Sequence record: NC_014662.1
Direction: 5' to 3' (one strand)
Origin: Enterobacter phage CC31
DNA: 64,000 bases
Shown: positions 20,058-34,101 of the stretch, piece after piece
Layout: each line of letters begins with the position of its first letter
Numbering within the stretch: the stretch's first letter is position 1
The notes under the pieces: model-generated
Databases searched by the model: none
Seen by the model: only the letters and a program-made list of their open reading frames with translations
What the model was told of the DNA's origin: nothing
Program-made: the position numbers and the translations under genes

Positions 20058-20081
20058 GGGAGCCTTCGGGCTCCCATTTTT
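20058..20081 (+). terminator. UUCG-tetraloop hairpin plus T-run after gene 8
   Basis: gggagccTTCGggctccc followed by tttt. Confidence 0.6.
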
Positions 20082-20082
20082 G

Positions 20083-20090
20083 TATAAATA
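20083..20090 (+). promoter_or_regulatory. Late promoter box TATAAATA for gene 9
   Basis: Exact TATAAATA about 25 nt upstream of gene 9 ATG. Confidence 0.65.
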
Positions 20091-20114
20091 GCATATATCA
20101 ATAGAGGACTCATT

Positions 20115-21023
20115 ATGTTCGAACAAGAAGCTAAACAACTAATTGACGTCGGTGAAATTGGTAACGCATCGACTGGTGATATTTTGTTCGATGGCGGTAA
20201 CAAAATTAACGACAACTTCAATGGCATTTATAATGCTTTTGGAGACCAACGCAAAATGGCACTTGATAATGGTCAAGGACAGGGCGTAGGACAGGTAATT
20301 CATGCTACCGGTTATTGGCAGAAATCAAATGACCCGCTGGAATTTACTACTCCAGTACCAAACGGCTCACAATATGACATTGACACCTCGGGCGGAGCTG
20401 TTCAAGTTACTTTAAGTAAAGGTGTTCGTGGAGAAGCAGTATTTTTCTGTAACAGCAATGGCTCATTCTCTCCAACCAATCCACTGACAATTGATGCAAA
20501 CGATACATTTGCAACAGTCACCGGCTCATTGAGAATTACATCTCCTTATGTATTTGTAAAATGCTGGTGTATTTCTGATGAAGGCGGTCGTTCAGTCTGG
20601 GATTATTCAGTAGAAAGTATGTTTGGTGAAAAACATATTCCAACTGACGGAACTTGGCAGTTAGGTGCAGCTGGAACTTCTACTAATATTCCGCTGTTCC
20701 ATAACACTGAATTTACAGTAGCTAAATATCTCATTACAGCTGAAACTAGTAATGGTTCAAAAGCCAAGAGCTGCGAAATAAATATTCACATAGACAGGGT
20801 TAAACGTGAAGTTAATAGCGTAGAGTATGCAGTAATTCGTATTGGTGCAGTTGATACTCCAGCTACTTCAACAACTCCAGAAGTGATTGACAAAATTTTT
20901 GTCCCATCATTTTCAATTAACCCTACCACAGGATATGTAGTCCTGACTTTAACGCCAGGAGTCGCTGGTTTGAAAGCGGCAGTTAAAGCTATCGCTACAC
21001 AGAAAATTGGGAATCCAAGATGA
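20115..21023 (+). CDS. 9: gp9 baseplate long-tail-fibre socket
   Basis: 302 aa; synteny. Confidence 0.85.
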   Translation: MFEQEAKQLIDVGEIGNASTGDILFDGGNKINDNFNGIYNAFGDQRKMALDNGQGQGVGQVIHATGYWQKSNDPLEFTTPVPNGSQYDIDTSGGAVQVTLSKGVRGEAVFFCNSNGSFSPTNPLTIDANDTFATVTGSLRITSPYVFVKCWCISDEGGRSVWDYSVESMFGEKHIPTDGTWQLGAAGTSTNIPLFHNTEFTVAKYLITAETSNGSKAKSCEINIHIDRVKREVNSVEYAVIRIGAVDTPATSTTPEVIDKIFVPSFSINPTTGYVVLTLTPGVAGLKAAVKAIATQKIGNPR

Positions 21024-22828
21024 AGCAAGATATTAAAATTGGTCAAGCTGTTGATGACGGCTCCGGCGACTACCTCCGTAAGGGCGGTCAAAAAATTAAT
21101 GAAAACTTTGATGAGCTTTATTATGAGCTTGGTGATGGAGACGTTCCATATGCTGCTGGCGCTTGGAAGAACCATAAAACTTCTAGTGGAGCTACATTAA
21201 CAGCTGAATGGGGTAAAGCATACGTTCTTGATACATCAACTGGTCGTATGAATGTTCGTCTTCCAAAGGGAACTGCCAACGATTACAATAAAGTAATTCG
21301 TTTCCGTGATGTTTATGCAACATGGCAGGTTAACCCAGTTACTATTATTCCAGGGTCTGGCGATACGTTGAAGGGTGATTCTCGTCCTCGAGAAATTCGC
21401 ACTCAATTCGCTGACTTGGAAATGGTTTACTGCCCTCCAGGACGTTGGGAATATGTTGAAAATAAACAAATCAACAGAATTTCCAATAGTGAATTAAGTA
21501 CCGTAGTTCGTAAAGAATTCTTGGTTAAAACTGCAGGCCAAACAGATTTTCCTGACGTCTTTAATGGTACAGAATATAACATCGGCAATACACAAGTATT
21601 CCATCGTGGTAACATTCTGTACTACGGAGAGAAATTTAGTGCAACTGATTCTGATTTTGGTTCTATTGGACCTAATGGAACTATGGTTGCTCTTGATGGT
21701 AAAAGCATTAAATTAAAAAATGCTGCCAACGTAGGTGATACTGTAATTGTTGTTTCTTACCTTGATGGTATTTCACAATTCCGTAGCTCATATAATCGTC
21801 GCACTATAACTCTAAGAGATTCTTCAAAGACTAACGAAACTTCAATTGAAGGTTCACTGTTAGTCACTGATTTAAGCACTCTAACTTATTTACCATTAGA
21901 TGTATTTGGTATTGATAGTTTCTCTCCTGTCAACCATCAATCAATGGAAGTTCGCTTTAATGGAATTCTTCAAAACGAAGCTGGCACAGCTGGTCTTCCA
22001 ACTGAACGTTGTATTAATGCGATTGCTGATGATGCATTTACATGTCAAGCTCTTGGTGGAACTTGGCAAAACAGCAAGTTAGATTACGTTCTCGATATCG
22101 ATGACAACAACAAATTGGTCGGTATTGAAACAGACCGCAAAATGGAAGATGGAGACGTTATTACACTGACTTGGTATAATAACCAAATCGGTACTGTAAT
22201 GGAGCTTGAAGACATTATCGCTGAAACCGATGCAAAATATGTATCTAAAGGCGAAATTCTTAATATTACTGGCCAAGTGCGTATTACTGACCAAAACAAA
22301 CCCGGTTGGCCTAATGTTGTTCCTGAACCAGCTCAATCGATAGAAGTAAATAACGTTCAAAACTTATTTGATTTGGTTTATCCAATTGGAACGATTTATG
22401 AAAACGCAGTGAACCCAAATAACCCAGCAACATATATGGGATTTGGTACTTGGGTGTTGTGGGGACAAGGTAAAGTTATAGCTGGTTGGAATAATGATAC
22501 TACAGACCCATATTTCGCCATGAACAATAATGATTTGGATGTTAACGGAAATCCAAGTCATACTGCGGGCGGAACTGGCGGTACTACATCAAATGAGTTA
22601 GAAAATGCTCAAATTCCAGCTGCTCAGACTACCGAAAAAGTTTTAGTAGTAGACCCTAATGGTCCTATTGTAGTTGGCGGGTGCCAATTTGACCCAGATG
22701 AACAAGGCCCAGCTTATACAAAATATCGTGAAGCTGTGGCAAATATAAATCCAACACATACGCCACCAAAATCGGTAAATAACGTTCAACCGTATATTAC
22801 TGCATATCGCTGGTTAAGGGTTTCTTAA
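21020..22828 (+). CDS. 10: gp10 baseplate wedge
   Basis: 602 aa (T4 602); MKQ..I.IG..VDDG.GDYLRKGG.KINENFDELYYELGDGDVPY. Confidence 0.95.
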   Translation: MKQDIKIGQAVDDGSGDYLRKGGQKINENFDELYYELGDGDVPYAAGAWKNHKTSSGATLTAEWGKAYVLDTSTGRMNVRLPKGTANDYNKVIRFRDVYATWQVNPVTIIPGSGDTLKGDSRPREIRTQFADLEMVYCPPGRWEYVENKQINRISNSELSTVVRKEFLVKTAGQTDFPDVFNGTEYNIGNTQVFHRGNILYYGEKFSATDSDFGSIGPNGTMVALDGKSIKLKNAANVGDTVIVVSYLDGISQFRSSYNRRTITLRDSSKTNETSIEGSLLVTDLSTLTYLPLDVFGIDSFSPVNHQSMEVRFNGILQNEAGTAGLPTERCINAIADDAFTCQALGGTWQNSKLDYVLDIDDNNKLVGIETDRKMEDGDVITLTWYNNQIGTVMELEDIIAETDAKYVSKGEILNITGQVRITDQNKPGWPNVVPEPAQSIEVNNVQNLFDLVYPIGTIYENAVNPNNPATYMGFGTWVLWGQGKVIAGWNNDTTDPYFAMNNNDLDVNGNPSHTAGGTGGTTSNELENAQIPAAQTTEKVLVVDPNGPIVVGGCQFDPDEQGPAYTKYREAVANINPTHTPPKSVNNVQPYITAYRWLRVS

Positions 22829-23490
22829 TGATTAGTGTATCTTCTTCAAAGGCGGGACTTAAGTCCCGCTCTGCAGCATTCCTGCAATATGAACTGGCTT
22901 CTGGAAGTATTGATGTAATGAATACTCAGCCGCTCGGTTCAAATACAATTTCTCAAAAATATCAAGGTGTTGATTTTCCTAACGTCCAATCCGCTATAGA
23001 AGATGTCCGTGGATTCGCTATTCTTCCTATTGGCTCAATTGTTATAAACGATACTGGTACCTCACCAGAGGGTATTCAGCAAATAGATGATTGGACTTTT
23101 ACTGGAACAGTTGAATTTGAAGGAAAAACTACAGGAGATTCAGTTCTTGTAGATGTTTATGGATTCATGGTACCTGCGCTAGTAGGTGATACTGATACTG
23201 AGTTTACTGCAAAAGTTAAAACCACTCTTGAGAATGCTATAACTGCAGGAGAAATTATTTCTTCTGTTGAAGTATCTTCATCCGCTGGTAATATTTTGAA
23301 TGTTAAATACATAGACAACCAAGAACATGTACTTCCTTCGTATTCATCATGCGGAATTTCTATTTCAGCGTCAATTCAATCTCCTTCTAAAGTAGGTTAT
23401 GGGTCTTGGGAATTAATTGGTCGTCAATCACTAACGTTTGACGGTGCTTCGGCTCCTACCGTCTTACAATACTTTAAGAGAATGGGTTAA
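22828..23490 (+). CDS. 11: gp11 baseplate wedge / short-fibre attachment
   Basis: 220 aa (T4 219); synteny. Confidence 0.85.
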   Translation: MISVSSSKAGLKSRSAAFLQYELASGSIDVMNTQPLGSNTISQKYQGVDFPNVQSAIEDVRGFAILPIGSIVINDTGTSPEGIQQIDDWTFTGTVEFEGKTTGDSVLVDVYGFMVPALVGDTDTEFTAKVKTTLENAITAGEIISSVEVSSSAGNILNVKYIDNQEHVLPSYSSCGISISASIQSPSKVGYGSWELIGRQSLTFDGASAPTVLQYFKRMG

Positions 23491-25040
23491 TGGCTACTAA
23501 TACTCTAAATCACATCAGTGATGAATCAAAATATAAAACGTTTAACCCGGCGGGAACAAGTTTCCCGTCAAATATAACAAACGTTCAAGCTGCTCTTGCA
23601 GCTTTAAAACCAATTGCTGTGAATGGTGTTCCTGACGCTACTGAAACTGTAAAGGGCATTATTCGTATTGCTACCCAACAAGAAGTAAATGATGGCGATT
23701 CGGCGAATACTGTGGTCACTCCGAAAACGTTAAAAGAGCGTTTAGGTAATCCTCAGGCTACAGAAACTACAATTGGTCTTACACGATACGCAACTACTCC
23801 AGAAGCTATCGCTGGAACAGTTTCTACTGCAGCTGTAGTTCCGACCGGTTTAAAAGGCGCAATTGATAATGCCTTCACAACTCGTACAGCAAAAGAATCT
23901 GTTTTGGGTGTAATTAAATTAGCTACTATTGCAATGGCTGAAGCCGGCACTGACGATACTTCAGCAATGACTCCACTTAAAACTCAGCGTGCAATTGCTA
24001 AAGCTACTGCAGTTCTTCCAGTGTATGGTCCAGCAACTGAAGCTGTCAGCGGTACAGTTCGTATTGCTACTAATGGTCAAGTTGCTCAAGGAACATTACG
24101 CGATGGTTATGCTGTATCTCCTAGCGGATTAGCTTCTTTAACTGCAACCTCTTCTCGTCGCGGAATTGCTCGTTCAGCTACAATAGCTGAGGTTAATGCA
24201 AACACCGCTGGAGATATTTTCGTTACTCCTAACGGATTGAACCAAAGAGTCGGCACTACTTCAACAAAAGGTCTTGTTAAATTAACAACTACCGTAGGTT
24301 CTGGCGATGCTAATACAGCTTTAGCTTATAACGCTGATGTTGTTCATACCAGAGGCGGACAAACAATTAATGGAAACACAACATTCGGTACTGCTCGAGT
24401 AAACGGTCGTTTAGATATGGGGTCTGGCTTTATTAACAACCAGCAAATTGCTACAGTTAATATGTTAGTTGATTCTGTTCCTATTGGAACAATTATCATG
24501 TGGCCTGGTCAAAACCCTCCAAGTTCAGATTGGATGCATTGTAATGGAGCTTTACTAAACAGAAGCGACCCACAATTCTCTACGTTGTTCAGTATTATCG
24601 GTATTCTGTACGGTGGTGATGCTACACGATTTGCTTTACCTGATATGCGTGGTATGTTCCCTCGTGGTGTAGGTAAATCAAATATCATGAACCAATATTC
24701 AGGAAACGACTCTAAAGGTAAACCTGGTCTTGGCGCTGGATGCGGCGGTGCGTCGCTTGGTCAATCTATGCCGCAATCTGTTCGTAAACACAAACACGAA
24801 TCTGGATGGGGTGAACATTATAAGCGTTCAGATGCAAGAAATGGTTGTACTGTTCGCAACGGTTATTTAGGTTCTAATCGTTCAGATTATGATAACTACA
24901 AGTATTTTACCAATGATGGCGATGAAGTTGAACCAGCCAATATTCGTGATTCATTCGGTACAATGAATACAGAAGGTCTAATGGGCGATGAAAACCGTCC
25001 TTGGTCAATTGCTCTAAACTTTGTAATAAAAGTAAGATAA
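23490..25040 (+). CDS. 12: gp12 short tail fibre
   Basis: 516 aa; synteny between 11 and wac. Confidence 0.85.
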   Translation: MATNTLNHISDESKYKTFNPAGTSFPSNITNVQAALAALKPIAVNGVPDATETVKGIIRIATQQEVNDGDSANTVVTPKTLKERLGNPQATETTIGLTRYATTPEAIAGTVSTAAVVPTGLKGAIDNAFTTRTAKESVLGVIKLATIAMAEAGTDDTSAMTPLKTQRAIAKATAVLPVYGPATEAVSGTVRIATNGQVAQGTLRDGYAVSPSGLASLTATSSRRGIARSATIAEVNANTAGDIFVTPNGLNQRVGTTSTKGLVKLTTTVGSGDANTALAYNADVVHTRGGQTINGNTTFGTARVNGRLDMGSGFINNQQIATVNMLVDSVPIGTIIMWPGQNPPSSDWMHCNGALLNRSDPQFSTLFSIIGILYGGDATRFALPDMRGMFPRGVGKSNIMNQYSGNDSKGKPGLGAGCGGASLGQSMPQSVRKHKHESGWGEHYKRSDARNGCTVRNGYLGSNRSDYDNYKYFTNDGDEVEPANIRDSFGTMNTEGLMGDENRPWSIALNFVIKVR

Positions 25041-25048
25041 GGAAAAAT

Positions 25049-26461
25049 ATGTCAACTATTGATTTAACTCCCCTTCCTTACGTCAACGGCCTTCCGGATG
25101 AAGGCCAATCTCGTGTAAACTGGATTAAAAATGGCGAGGAATTAACAGGAGCATCCACCAAGAATGGTGTAGACGGTAATTTGAACCGTGGACCTGTGCA
25201 GGTTCAACAAAACGTGGAAGTGCTCGACGGGAATATCGTAGTTGTCCGTGATTCTCTTGAGCAATCAAACGTAAGAATTAAGAATGTCGAGGATGCCCTA
25301 GGGGTCATTGGGGATGTAGATGTTGTCAAACAAATAGGTATTAACACAGCCGCAATTAAAGTTCTCCAGACTGACACAGGGGAACTTAAAACTACATCCG
25401 AGGACCACGGCTTACGTATTACTCACATTGAAGAAGATGTCGGTGAGTACGACCCATCTCGTGATTCGGTTTATCGTCCAGTTCGTGAAGATTTGCTTTG
25501 GATTAAAACTGAATTAGGTGCTTATCCAGGACAAGACATTAATGGTATGTCAGTACCAATGGCTCCTGGCCGCGGCTTAAAGAAAAGAGTCATTGATACC
25601 GCAAAAGCAACCAATGATAACTCAGTAAGAATCACAGAACTTGAAAAACAATTCAGCGATTCTGATGTTGGCGCTCTTACTATTGAAGTTCAGCGTCTTC
25701 GTGAAGAAATGGGTCCAAGAGCTTCAGCCGGGATTGATAGCGTTTATATCCGTTTGAACAAAATGGGTAATTCTATTGGAAGCTTAGCTTCTGATATGGA
25801 AAACGTTCTTGATTCTATCGGTTATACAAATGGCGTTACAAACCTTTATCAAAAGGTAGTAATTAACGAAAACGGTATCACTGAAATAAACCGTAAGCTG
25901 AGTGACCAGACTGTTGGTTTAATTCCTCGTGTAGATTTAATCGAATCTGCAATTGGTAAAGATTCTCAACCATCGACCATCAATGGTAGAATTAAAATCA
26001 ACTCAAATGAAATCACTGCTCTTAAATCTATCGTTGGTGCTGATACTTCATCAGGTCTTCGTGGACAAGTAGCTTGGATTAATCAGGTCGTTGGTATTAC
26101 CGAAAGTGGTCAGCCAGCTCCAACGAATTCTTTAATTGGCCAAATCAATACCTTAACTACTATGCAAAATCAGATGGCGAATACCATCCAAGATATTCAG
26201 GTAGATATTGGTAACAATAACGAAGGTTTGAAAGGGCAAGTAATTCGTTTAAATAGTATTGTTATGGGTACAAACCCTAATGGCTCTACTGTTGAAGAAA
26301 GAGGGTTGTTATCAACTGTTAAAACTCATGACACTGATATCGCATCTATTAAATTAGCTCAAAATAATTTCATCTCAGAAGCACCAAAAGATGGAAAAGC
26401 ATACGTTCGTAAAGACGGAGCTTGGGTTGATTTAGACACCATTCTTAATCCTACTCCATAA
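25049..26461 (+). CDS. wac: Fibritin (whisker, neck collar)
   Basis: Start at MSTIDLTPLPYV; C-terminus GSTVEERGL..EAPKDGKAYVRKDGAWV matches T4 foldon region. Confidence 0.9.
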   Translation: MSTIDLTPLPYVNGLPDEGQSRVNWIKNGEELTGASTKNGVDGNLNRGPVQVQQNVEVLDGNIVVVRDSLEQSNVRIKNVEDALGVIGDVDVVKQIGINTAAIKVLQTDTGELKTTSEDHGLRITHIEEDVGEYDPSRDSVYRPVREDLLWIKTELGAYPGQDINGMSVPMAPGRGLKKRVIDTAKATNDNSVRITELEKQFSDSDVGALTIEVQRLREEMGPRASAGIDSVYIRLNKMGNSIGSLASDMENVLDSIGYTNGVTNLYQKVVINENGITEINRKLSDQTVGLIPRVDLIESAIGKDSQPSTINGRIKINSNEITALKSIVGADTSSGLRGQVAWINQVVGITESGQPAPTNSLIGQINTLTTMQNQMANTIQDIQVDIGNNNEGLKGQVIRLNSIVMGTNPNGSTVEERGLLSTVKTHDTDIASIKLAQNNFISEAPKDGKAYVRKDGAWVDLDTILNPTP

Positions 26462-26491
26462 TAAAGGGCCTTCGGGCCCTTAGAGGTTTAT

Positions 26492-27430
26492 ATGGCCGCA
26501 AATACCGCACGAAATCCAAAAGAACTTAAAGACGTTATTCTGCGTCGCCTTGGTGCACCAATCATTAACGTCGAATTAACCGAAGATATGATTTATGATT
26601 GTATCCAACGAGCTTTAGAGCTATTCGGTGAATATCATTATGACGGCTTAAATAAAGGCTATCAAGTAATTCATATTGGCGATGACGAAATTGGTTGTGG
26701 TCAATTCAAAAACGGTGTGTTTGATTTTTCAGACCGTAACATTTTCGCAGTAACACAGATTGTTCGTACTAACGTTGGTTCATTAACGAGTATGGACGGT
26801 AATGCTACCTATCCATGGTTCACCGACTTCCTTTTGGGAATGGCTGGAATTAATGGTGGTATGGGTAGCTCTTGTAATAAAGCTTATGGACCAAATGCAT
26901 TTGGTGCTGACCTTGGCTATTTTACTCAGCTAACAACTTATTGGTCAATGATGCAAGATATGCTTGCTCCGTTGCCTGATTTCTGGTTCAACGACGCTAC
27001 TGGCCAACTCAAAATAATGGGTAACTTCCAGTTAGGTGACGTAATTGTAGTTGAATGCTGGACTAAATCTTATATTGATGTGGATAAAATGGTTGGAAAC
27101 ACTGCAGGATATGGAACAGCAGGCCCAGAAACATCTTGGACTCTTCCTGATGTGTATGATAATCCAGATAAACGCTTAACTGGTTACAGAGCTGGTGAAG
27201 AACTTTCAATTGTTCAAGGCTCTTATAACAACCGTTGGGTGAAAGATTATGCTCATATTCTGGCCAAAGAATTACTTGGCCAAGTATTAGCTCGTCACCA
27301 AGGTATGCAGCTTCCAGGCGGAGTCACATTAAATGGTGAACGTTTAATTGAAGAAGCTCGATTAGAAAAAGAATATGCTTTAGAACAGCTTTATTTACTT
27401 GACCCTCCAACAGGAGTACTTGTAGGATGA
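26492..27430 (+). CDS. 13: gp13 neck protein
   Basis: 312 aa; synteny. Confidence 0.85.
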   Translation: MAANTARNPKELKDVILRRLGAPIINVELTEDMIYDCIQRALELFGEYHYDGLNKGYQVIHIGDDEIGCGQFKNGVFDFSDRNIFAVTQIVRTNVGSLTSMDGNATYPWFTDFLLGMAGINGGMGSSCNKAYGPNAFGADLGYFTQLTTYWSMMQDMLAPLPDFWFNDATGQLKIMGNFQLGDVIVVECWTKSYIDVDKMVGNTAGYGTAGPETSWTLPDVYDNPDKRLTGYRAGEELSIVQGSYNNRWVKDYAHILAKELLGQVLARHQGMQLPGGVTLNGERLIEEARLEKEYALEQLYLLDPPTGVLVG

Positions 27431-28227
27431 TGAATAAAAATTTGTTCGCGAAGCTCGAGAACAAATCAGGTTATTCACGCACTAATGAAGAGGAAGTTCT
27501 TAATCCATATGTGAACTTCCACAATCATTTTAACACCCAAGCTCTGTTTGATACTCTTGTGGCTGAAAGTATTCAAATGCGTGGGGTTAAATGTTATTAC
27601 GTTCCCCGTGAATATGTAAAACCTGATTATGTCTTTGGTGAAGACCTTCAGTCCAAGTTCACTAAAGCTTGGCAATTTGCAGCTTACATTAACTCATTTG
27701 AGGGTTATGAAGGAGCAAATACATTTTATAGTAAGTTCGGAATGCAAGTTAATGATGAAGTTACTTTGTCAATTAACCCGGGCCTCTTTAAGCATCAAGT
27801 AAATGGACAAGAACCAAAGGAAGGAGACTTAATTTACTTCCCGATGGACAATAGCTTGTTTGAAATTTCTTGGGTAGAGCCGTATGACCCGTTCTATCAA
27901 GCTGGACGAAATGCTATTCGTAAGATTACAGCAGAGAAATTCATTTATTCTGGTGAGCAGCTTAAACCTGAGCTTCAGCGTAATGATGGAATTAACATTC
28001 CTGAATTCAGTGAGCTTGATTTAGACCCTATTCATGAATTAGATGGTCTTTCTGATATCAATGAAGTTCCGTATCAGGAAGTAGACCAAATGAATGATGA
28101 AGCTGATAAAGACGTTAAGCAATATGAAGTCGTTAATGGTACCGGTTCACCTAAGGTAGAACCACCAAGAAACAGACCACCAGCTAATCATGTAGCATCT
28201 CCGTTTGATGATGGTTTTATGCTATAA
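27427..28227 (+). CDS. 14: gp14 neck protein
   Basis: 266 aa; synteny. Confidence 0.85.
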   Translation: MMNKNLFAKLENKSGYSRTNEEEVLNPYVNFHNHFNTQALFDTLVAESIQMRGVKCYYVPREYVKPDYVFGEDLQSKFTKAWQFAAYINSFEGYEGANTFYSKFGMQVNDEVTLSINPGLFKHQVNGQEPKEGDLIYFPMDNSLFEISWVEPYDPFYQAGRNAIRKITAEKFIYSGEQLKPELQRNDGINIPEFSELDLDPIHELDGLSDINEVPYQEVDQMNDEADKDVKQYEVVNGTGSPKVEPPRNRPPANHVASPFDDGFML

Positions 28228-28230
28228 ATA
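28223..28230 (+). promoter_or_regulatory. Late promoter box TATAAATA for gene 15
   Basis: Exact TATAAATA about 43 nt upstream of gene 15 ATG. Confidence 0.6.
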
Positions 28231-28272
28231 GTTAAAAGCATATACGGCTCTTCGGAGCCGTTAGGAGAAACA

Positions 28273-29102
28273 ATGTTCGGATATTTTTATAACTCGTCTT
28301 TGCGCAGATACATCCTAATGCTGGGTGACTTGTTCTCCAATATTCAAGTTCAAAGAGTGCGCGAAGACATAGGCAAGACATACATCAGAGTTCCAATTAC
28401 TTACGCTTCCAAAGAACATTTTATGATGAAGCTGAATAAATGGACTTCTGTTAATAATGAAGATGGTCCTGCGAAAGTAGAGACAATTCTTCCACGTATC
28501 AACCTCCATTTAGTTGATATGATGTACAACCCAACTTATAAGACTGGGCAACTTAATCGTTCAGCAATGAGCAATCCTAATTCGAAGACTGGGACTATTT
28601 CTCAATACAACCCAACTCCGATTAAAATGATTTTTGAGCTTGGAATTTTTACTCGTCACCAGGACGATATGTTTCAAATTGTAGAGCAAATTATGCCCTA
28701 CTTCCAACCTCATTTTAACACCACAATGACTGAACTATTCGAAAACGAAATTACATTTGAAAGAGATATAAGAATAACTTTCCAATCAATTTCAATTGAT
28801 GAACAAATTGAAGGCGAGAAACAATCTCGCAGACGTTTAGAATGGGCTATAATGTTTGAAGTAAATGGATGGCTTTATCCTCCAGCTTTCGATTTAAGTG
28901 GTGAAATCCGTACAATTTATCTTGATTTCCATGCTAATAGTCGTGAATTGGTAAATGAAGGTGTATTTGAATCTGTAGATTCTGAAGTAGACCCACGCGA
29001 TGTTGAAATTCAAGATTGGGACGGAAAATCTATTCAGAAATATGATAGCGATTCAACTCCAATTCCAAAAGAGCCTGAACCGCCTGGACCACGAGGTGTA
29101 TA

Positions 29103-29103
<1 letters not shown>
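28273..29103 (+). CDS. 15: gp15 tail sheath terminator
   Basis: 276 aa; synteny. Confidence 0.85.
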
Positions 29104-31419
<2,316 letters not shown>

Positions 31420-31449
31420 TACTAAAGCACACATGTAGAGGAATTCTTA

Positions 31450-33432
31450 ATGGCTTTATTATCTCCGGGCGTTGAGCTCAAAGAAACTAGTGTACAAAGC
31501 ACTATTGTTAATAATGCTACTGGGCGTGCGGCTCTTGCTGGTAAATTCCAGTGGGGCCCGGTTGGTCAAGTTGTTCAGGTGACTAACGAAGTCGAATTAG
31601 TCGATATTTTCGGCACTCCAGATAGCCAAACTGCTGACTACTTTATGTCCGCAATGAACTTCCTGCAATATGGTAATGACCTTCGTATTTCACGTGCAGT
31701 AAACCGTGAAGTTGCGAAAAACTCATCTCCTATCGCAGGAAACGTTCAAATCACTATTTCAGCAGCTGGTTCAAACTATGCTGTAGGTGATACTGTTCGC
31801 GTAAAATACAACGTTAATATCATCGAATCTGCTGGTAAAGTAACTCAGGTTGATGGTAATGGCGGTATTTTAGCTGTTTCAGTACCAAGCGCAAAAATTA
31901 TTGCATACGCGAAATCAATTAATCAATATCCAGATTTAGGTTCAAACTGGACTGCTGAAGTTACTTCCGCATCTTCTGGTGTAGCAGCAACTCTGGCTGT
32001 TGGTAAAATTGTAACTGATTCTGGTGTTCTGTTAACTGAACCAGAAACTGCTACCGAGCAAATGACTTCAGTTGCGTTCCAAACTGCGTTAAAAACTTAT
32101 GGAATGCCAGGTGTCGCTGCTCTTTATCCAGGTGAGCTTGGTTCTCAGTTAGAACTTGAAATTGTCTCTAAAGCTGGATTTGAACAGGGCGCTGCTACAC
32201 AGCTTCCAATTTATCCTGCTGGTGGTACTCGAGTATCAACTGCTCGTGCTGTATTCGGTTATGGACCACAATCTGACGACCAATATTGCATTATCGTTCG
32301 CCGCGATGGAGCTATTGTAGAAAGCTTCGTTCTGTCTACTGAAAAAGGCTCTAAGGACGTTTACGGAAATAACATCTATATTGATGATTTCTTCTCTAAA
32401 GGTTCAAGCAATTACATCTTTGCTACTGCTCAAGGCTGGCCTGCTGGATTCTCCGGTATTGTTCAGTTATCTGGCGGTGTATCAGCTAACGAATCTGTTA
32501 CTGCTGGCGATGTAATGCAAGCATGGGATTTATTCGCTGACCGTGAAGCTCTGCATGTTAACCTCTTAATTGCTGGTGCATGTGCTGGTGAAGACCAAGA
32601 ATTCGCATCTACCGTTCAGAAACACGTAGTATCAATTGCCGATGAACGTCAAGATTGTCTGGCTCTTATTTCTCCTCCACGTAGTGTGCTGGTTAATATT
32701 CCACTGACTCGTGCGATTGATAATCTGGTCGATTGGCGTACAGGTCAAGGTACCTACACTGATGCAAACATGAATATTAGTTCAACTTATGCATCTATTG
32801 ATGGTAACTACAAATATCAGTATGACAAATATAACGATGTTAACCGTTGGGTTCCGTTAGCTGCTGATATGGCTGGTCTGTGTGCTCGTACTGATAATAT
32901 CAGTCAGCCTTGGATGTCTCCAGCTGGTTATAACCGTGGACAGATTCTGAACGTCATTAAATTGGCAATCGAACCTCGTCAGAGCCAACGTGACCGTCTG
33001 TATCAGGAAGCAATTAACCCTGTTACTGGCACCGGTGGTGACGGATTCGTTCTGTTTGGCGATAAGACTGCAACCAAAGTTCCTACTCCGTTTGACCGCA
33101 TCAACGTACGTCGTCTGTTCAACATGCTGAAAACGAATATTGGAAACGCTTCTAAATATCGTCTGTTCGAGATGAACGATAACTTCACTCGTTCAAGCTT
33201 CCGTATGGAAACCTCTCAGTACTTGTCTGGAATTAAATCTCTGGGCGGTGTATATGAATTCCGTGTGGTATGTGATACTACGAACAACACGCCTGCTGTA
33301 ATCGACCGCAATGAGTTTGTTGCATCGTTCTACATCAAGCCAGCTCGTTCTATCAACTACATCACTCTGAACTTCGTTGCTACTGCTACGGGTGCTGATT
33401 TCGATGAACTGATTGGACCACAAGCTCAATAA
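31450..33432 (+). CDS. 18: gp18 tail sheath
   Basis: 660 aa (T4 659); MALLSPGVELKE start. Confidence 0.95.
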   Translation: MALLSPGVELKETSVQSTIVNNATGRAALAGKFQWGPVGQVVQVTNEVELVDIFGTPDSQTADYFMSAMNFLQYGNDLRISRAVNREVAKNSSPIAGNVQITISAAGSNYAVGDTVRVKYNVNIIESAGKVTQVDGNGGILAVSVPSAKIIAYAKSINQYPDLGSNWTAEVTSASSGVAATLAVGKIVTDSGVLLTEPETATEQMTSVAFQTALKTYGMPGVAALYPGELGSQLELEIVSKAGFEQGAATQLPIYPAGGTRVSTARAVFGYGPQSDDQYCIIVRRDGAIVESFVLSTEKGSKDVYGNNIYIDDFFSKGSSNYIFATAQGWPAGFSGIVQLSGGVSANESVTAGDVMQAWDLFADREALHVNLLIAGACAGEDQEFASTVQKHVVSIADERQDCLALISPPRSVLVNIPLTRAIDNLVDWRTGQGTYTDANMNISSTYASIDGNYKYQYDKYNDVNRWVPLAADMAGLCARTDNISQPWMSPAGYNRGQILNVIKLAIEPRQSQRDRLYQEAINPVTGTGGDGFVLFGDKTATKVPTPFDRINVRRLFNMLKTNIGNASKYRLFEMNDNFTRSSFRMETSQYLSGIKSLGGVYEFRVVCDTTNNTPAVIDRNEFVASFYIKPARSINYITLNFVATATGADFDELIGPQAQ

Positions 33433-33527
33433 TTCTAAGACATTTAGGGACCTTCGAGAGGAGGTCCATAAATACAATCATCTTAGGAAAACTAATTCAT
33501 CTCGGCCGCTCTGGCGAATCAGAGCGG

Positions 33528-33535
33528 TATAAATA
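33528..33535 (+). promoter_or_regulatory. Late promoter box TATAAATA for gene 19
   Basis: Exact TATAAATA 15 nt upstream of gene 19 ATG; preceded by hairpin ccgctctggcgaatcagagcgg. Confidence 0.65.
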
Positions 33536-33549
33536 TAACAGGAACTCAC

Positions 33550-34041
33550 ATGGAACTTACAGATTTAACTCGTGCATTTGAATCCGGTGATTTCGCGCGT
33601 CCTAACCTGTTTGAGGTAGAAATTCCTTATCTCGGTAAGAACTTCAGCTTCAAATGTAAAGCAGCTCCACTGCCTGCTGGTATTGTTGAAAAAATTCCGG
33701 TCGGTTATATGAACCGTAAGCTTAACGTTGCCGGTGACCGTACATTCGACGATTGGACCGTGACTATCTACAATGACGATGCTCATAATACTCGTCAAGC
33801 TATTGTTGAATGGCAGGGTATCGCAGCAGGTCAAGGTAATGAAATTACTGGTGGCTCACCTGCAGAGTATAAGAAAAAAGCAATTGTCCGTCAATTCGCA
33901 CGTGATAGTAAAACAATCACTCGTGAAATTGAAATTACGGGCGTTTGGCCAACTAACGTTGGTGAAGTCCAGCTCGACTGGGATTCAAACAACGAAGTTG
34001 AGACCTTTGAAGTAACATTCTGTCTCGACTGGTGGTTGTAA
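33550..34041 (+). CDS. 19: gp19 tail tube
   Basis: 163 aa (T4 163); synteny. Confidence 0.95.
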   Translation: MELTDLTRAFESGDFARPNLFEVEIPYLGKNFSFKCKAAPLPAGIVEKIPVGYMNRKLNVAGDRTFDDWTVTIYNDDAHNTRQAIVEWQGIAAGQGNEITGGSPAEYKKKAIVRQFARDSKTITREIEITGVWPTNVGEVQLDWDSNNEVETFEVTFCLDWWL

Positions 34042-34061
34042 AATGTGGGCCTTCGGGCCCA

Positions 34062-34069
34062 TATAAATA
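34062..34069 (+). promoter_or_regulatory. Late promoter box TATAAATA for gene 20
   Basis: Exact TATAAATA after gggccTTCGggccc hairpin, about 33 nt upstream of gene 20 ATG. Confidence 0.65.
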
Positions 34070-34101
34070 TTAGTATGCTTTAACCCTTATTGGAGACTCT
34101 A

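Noticed and set aside
34090-34101. Track start of gp20 at 34090
   Set aside because: Codon at 34090 is TTG; the conserved portal N-terminus [12 protein letters not shown] starts at ATG 34102 with an upstream GGAGA
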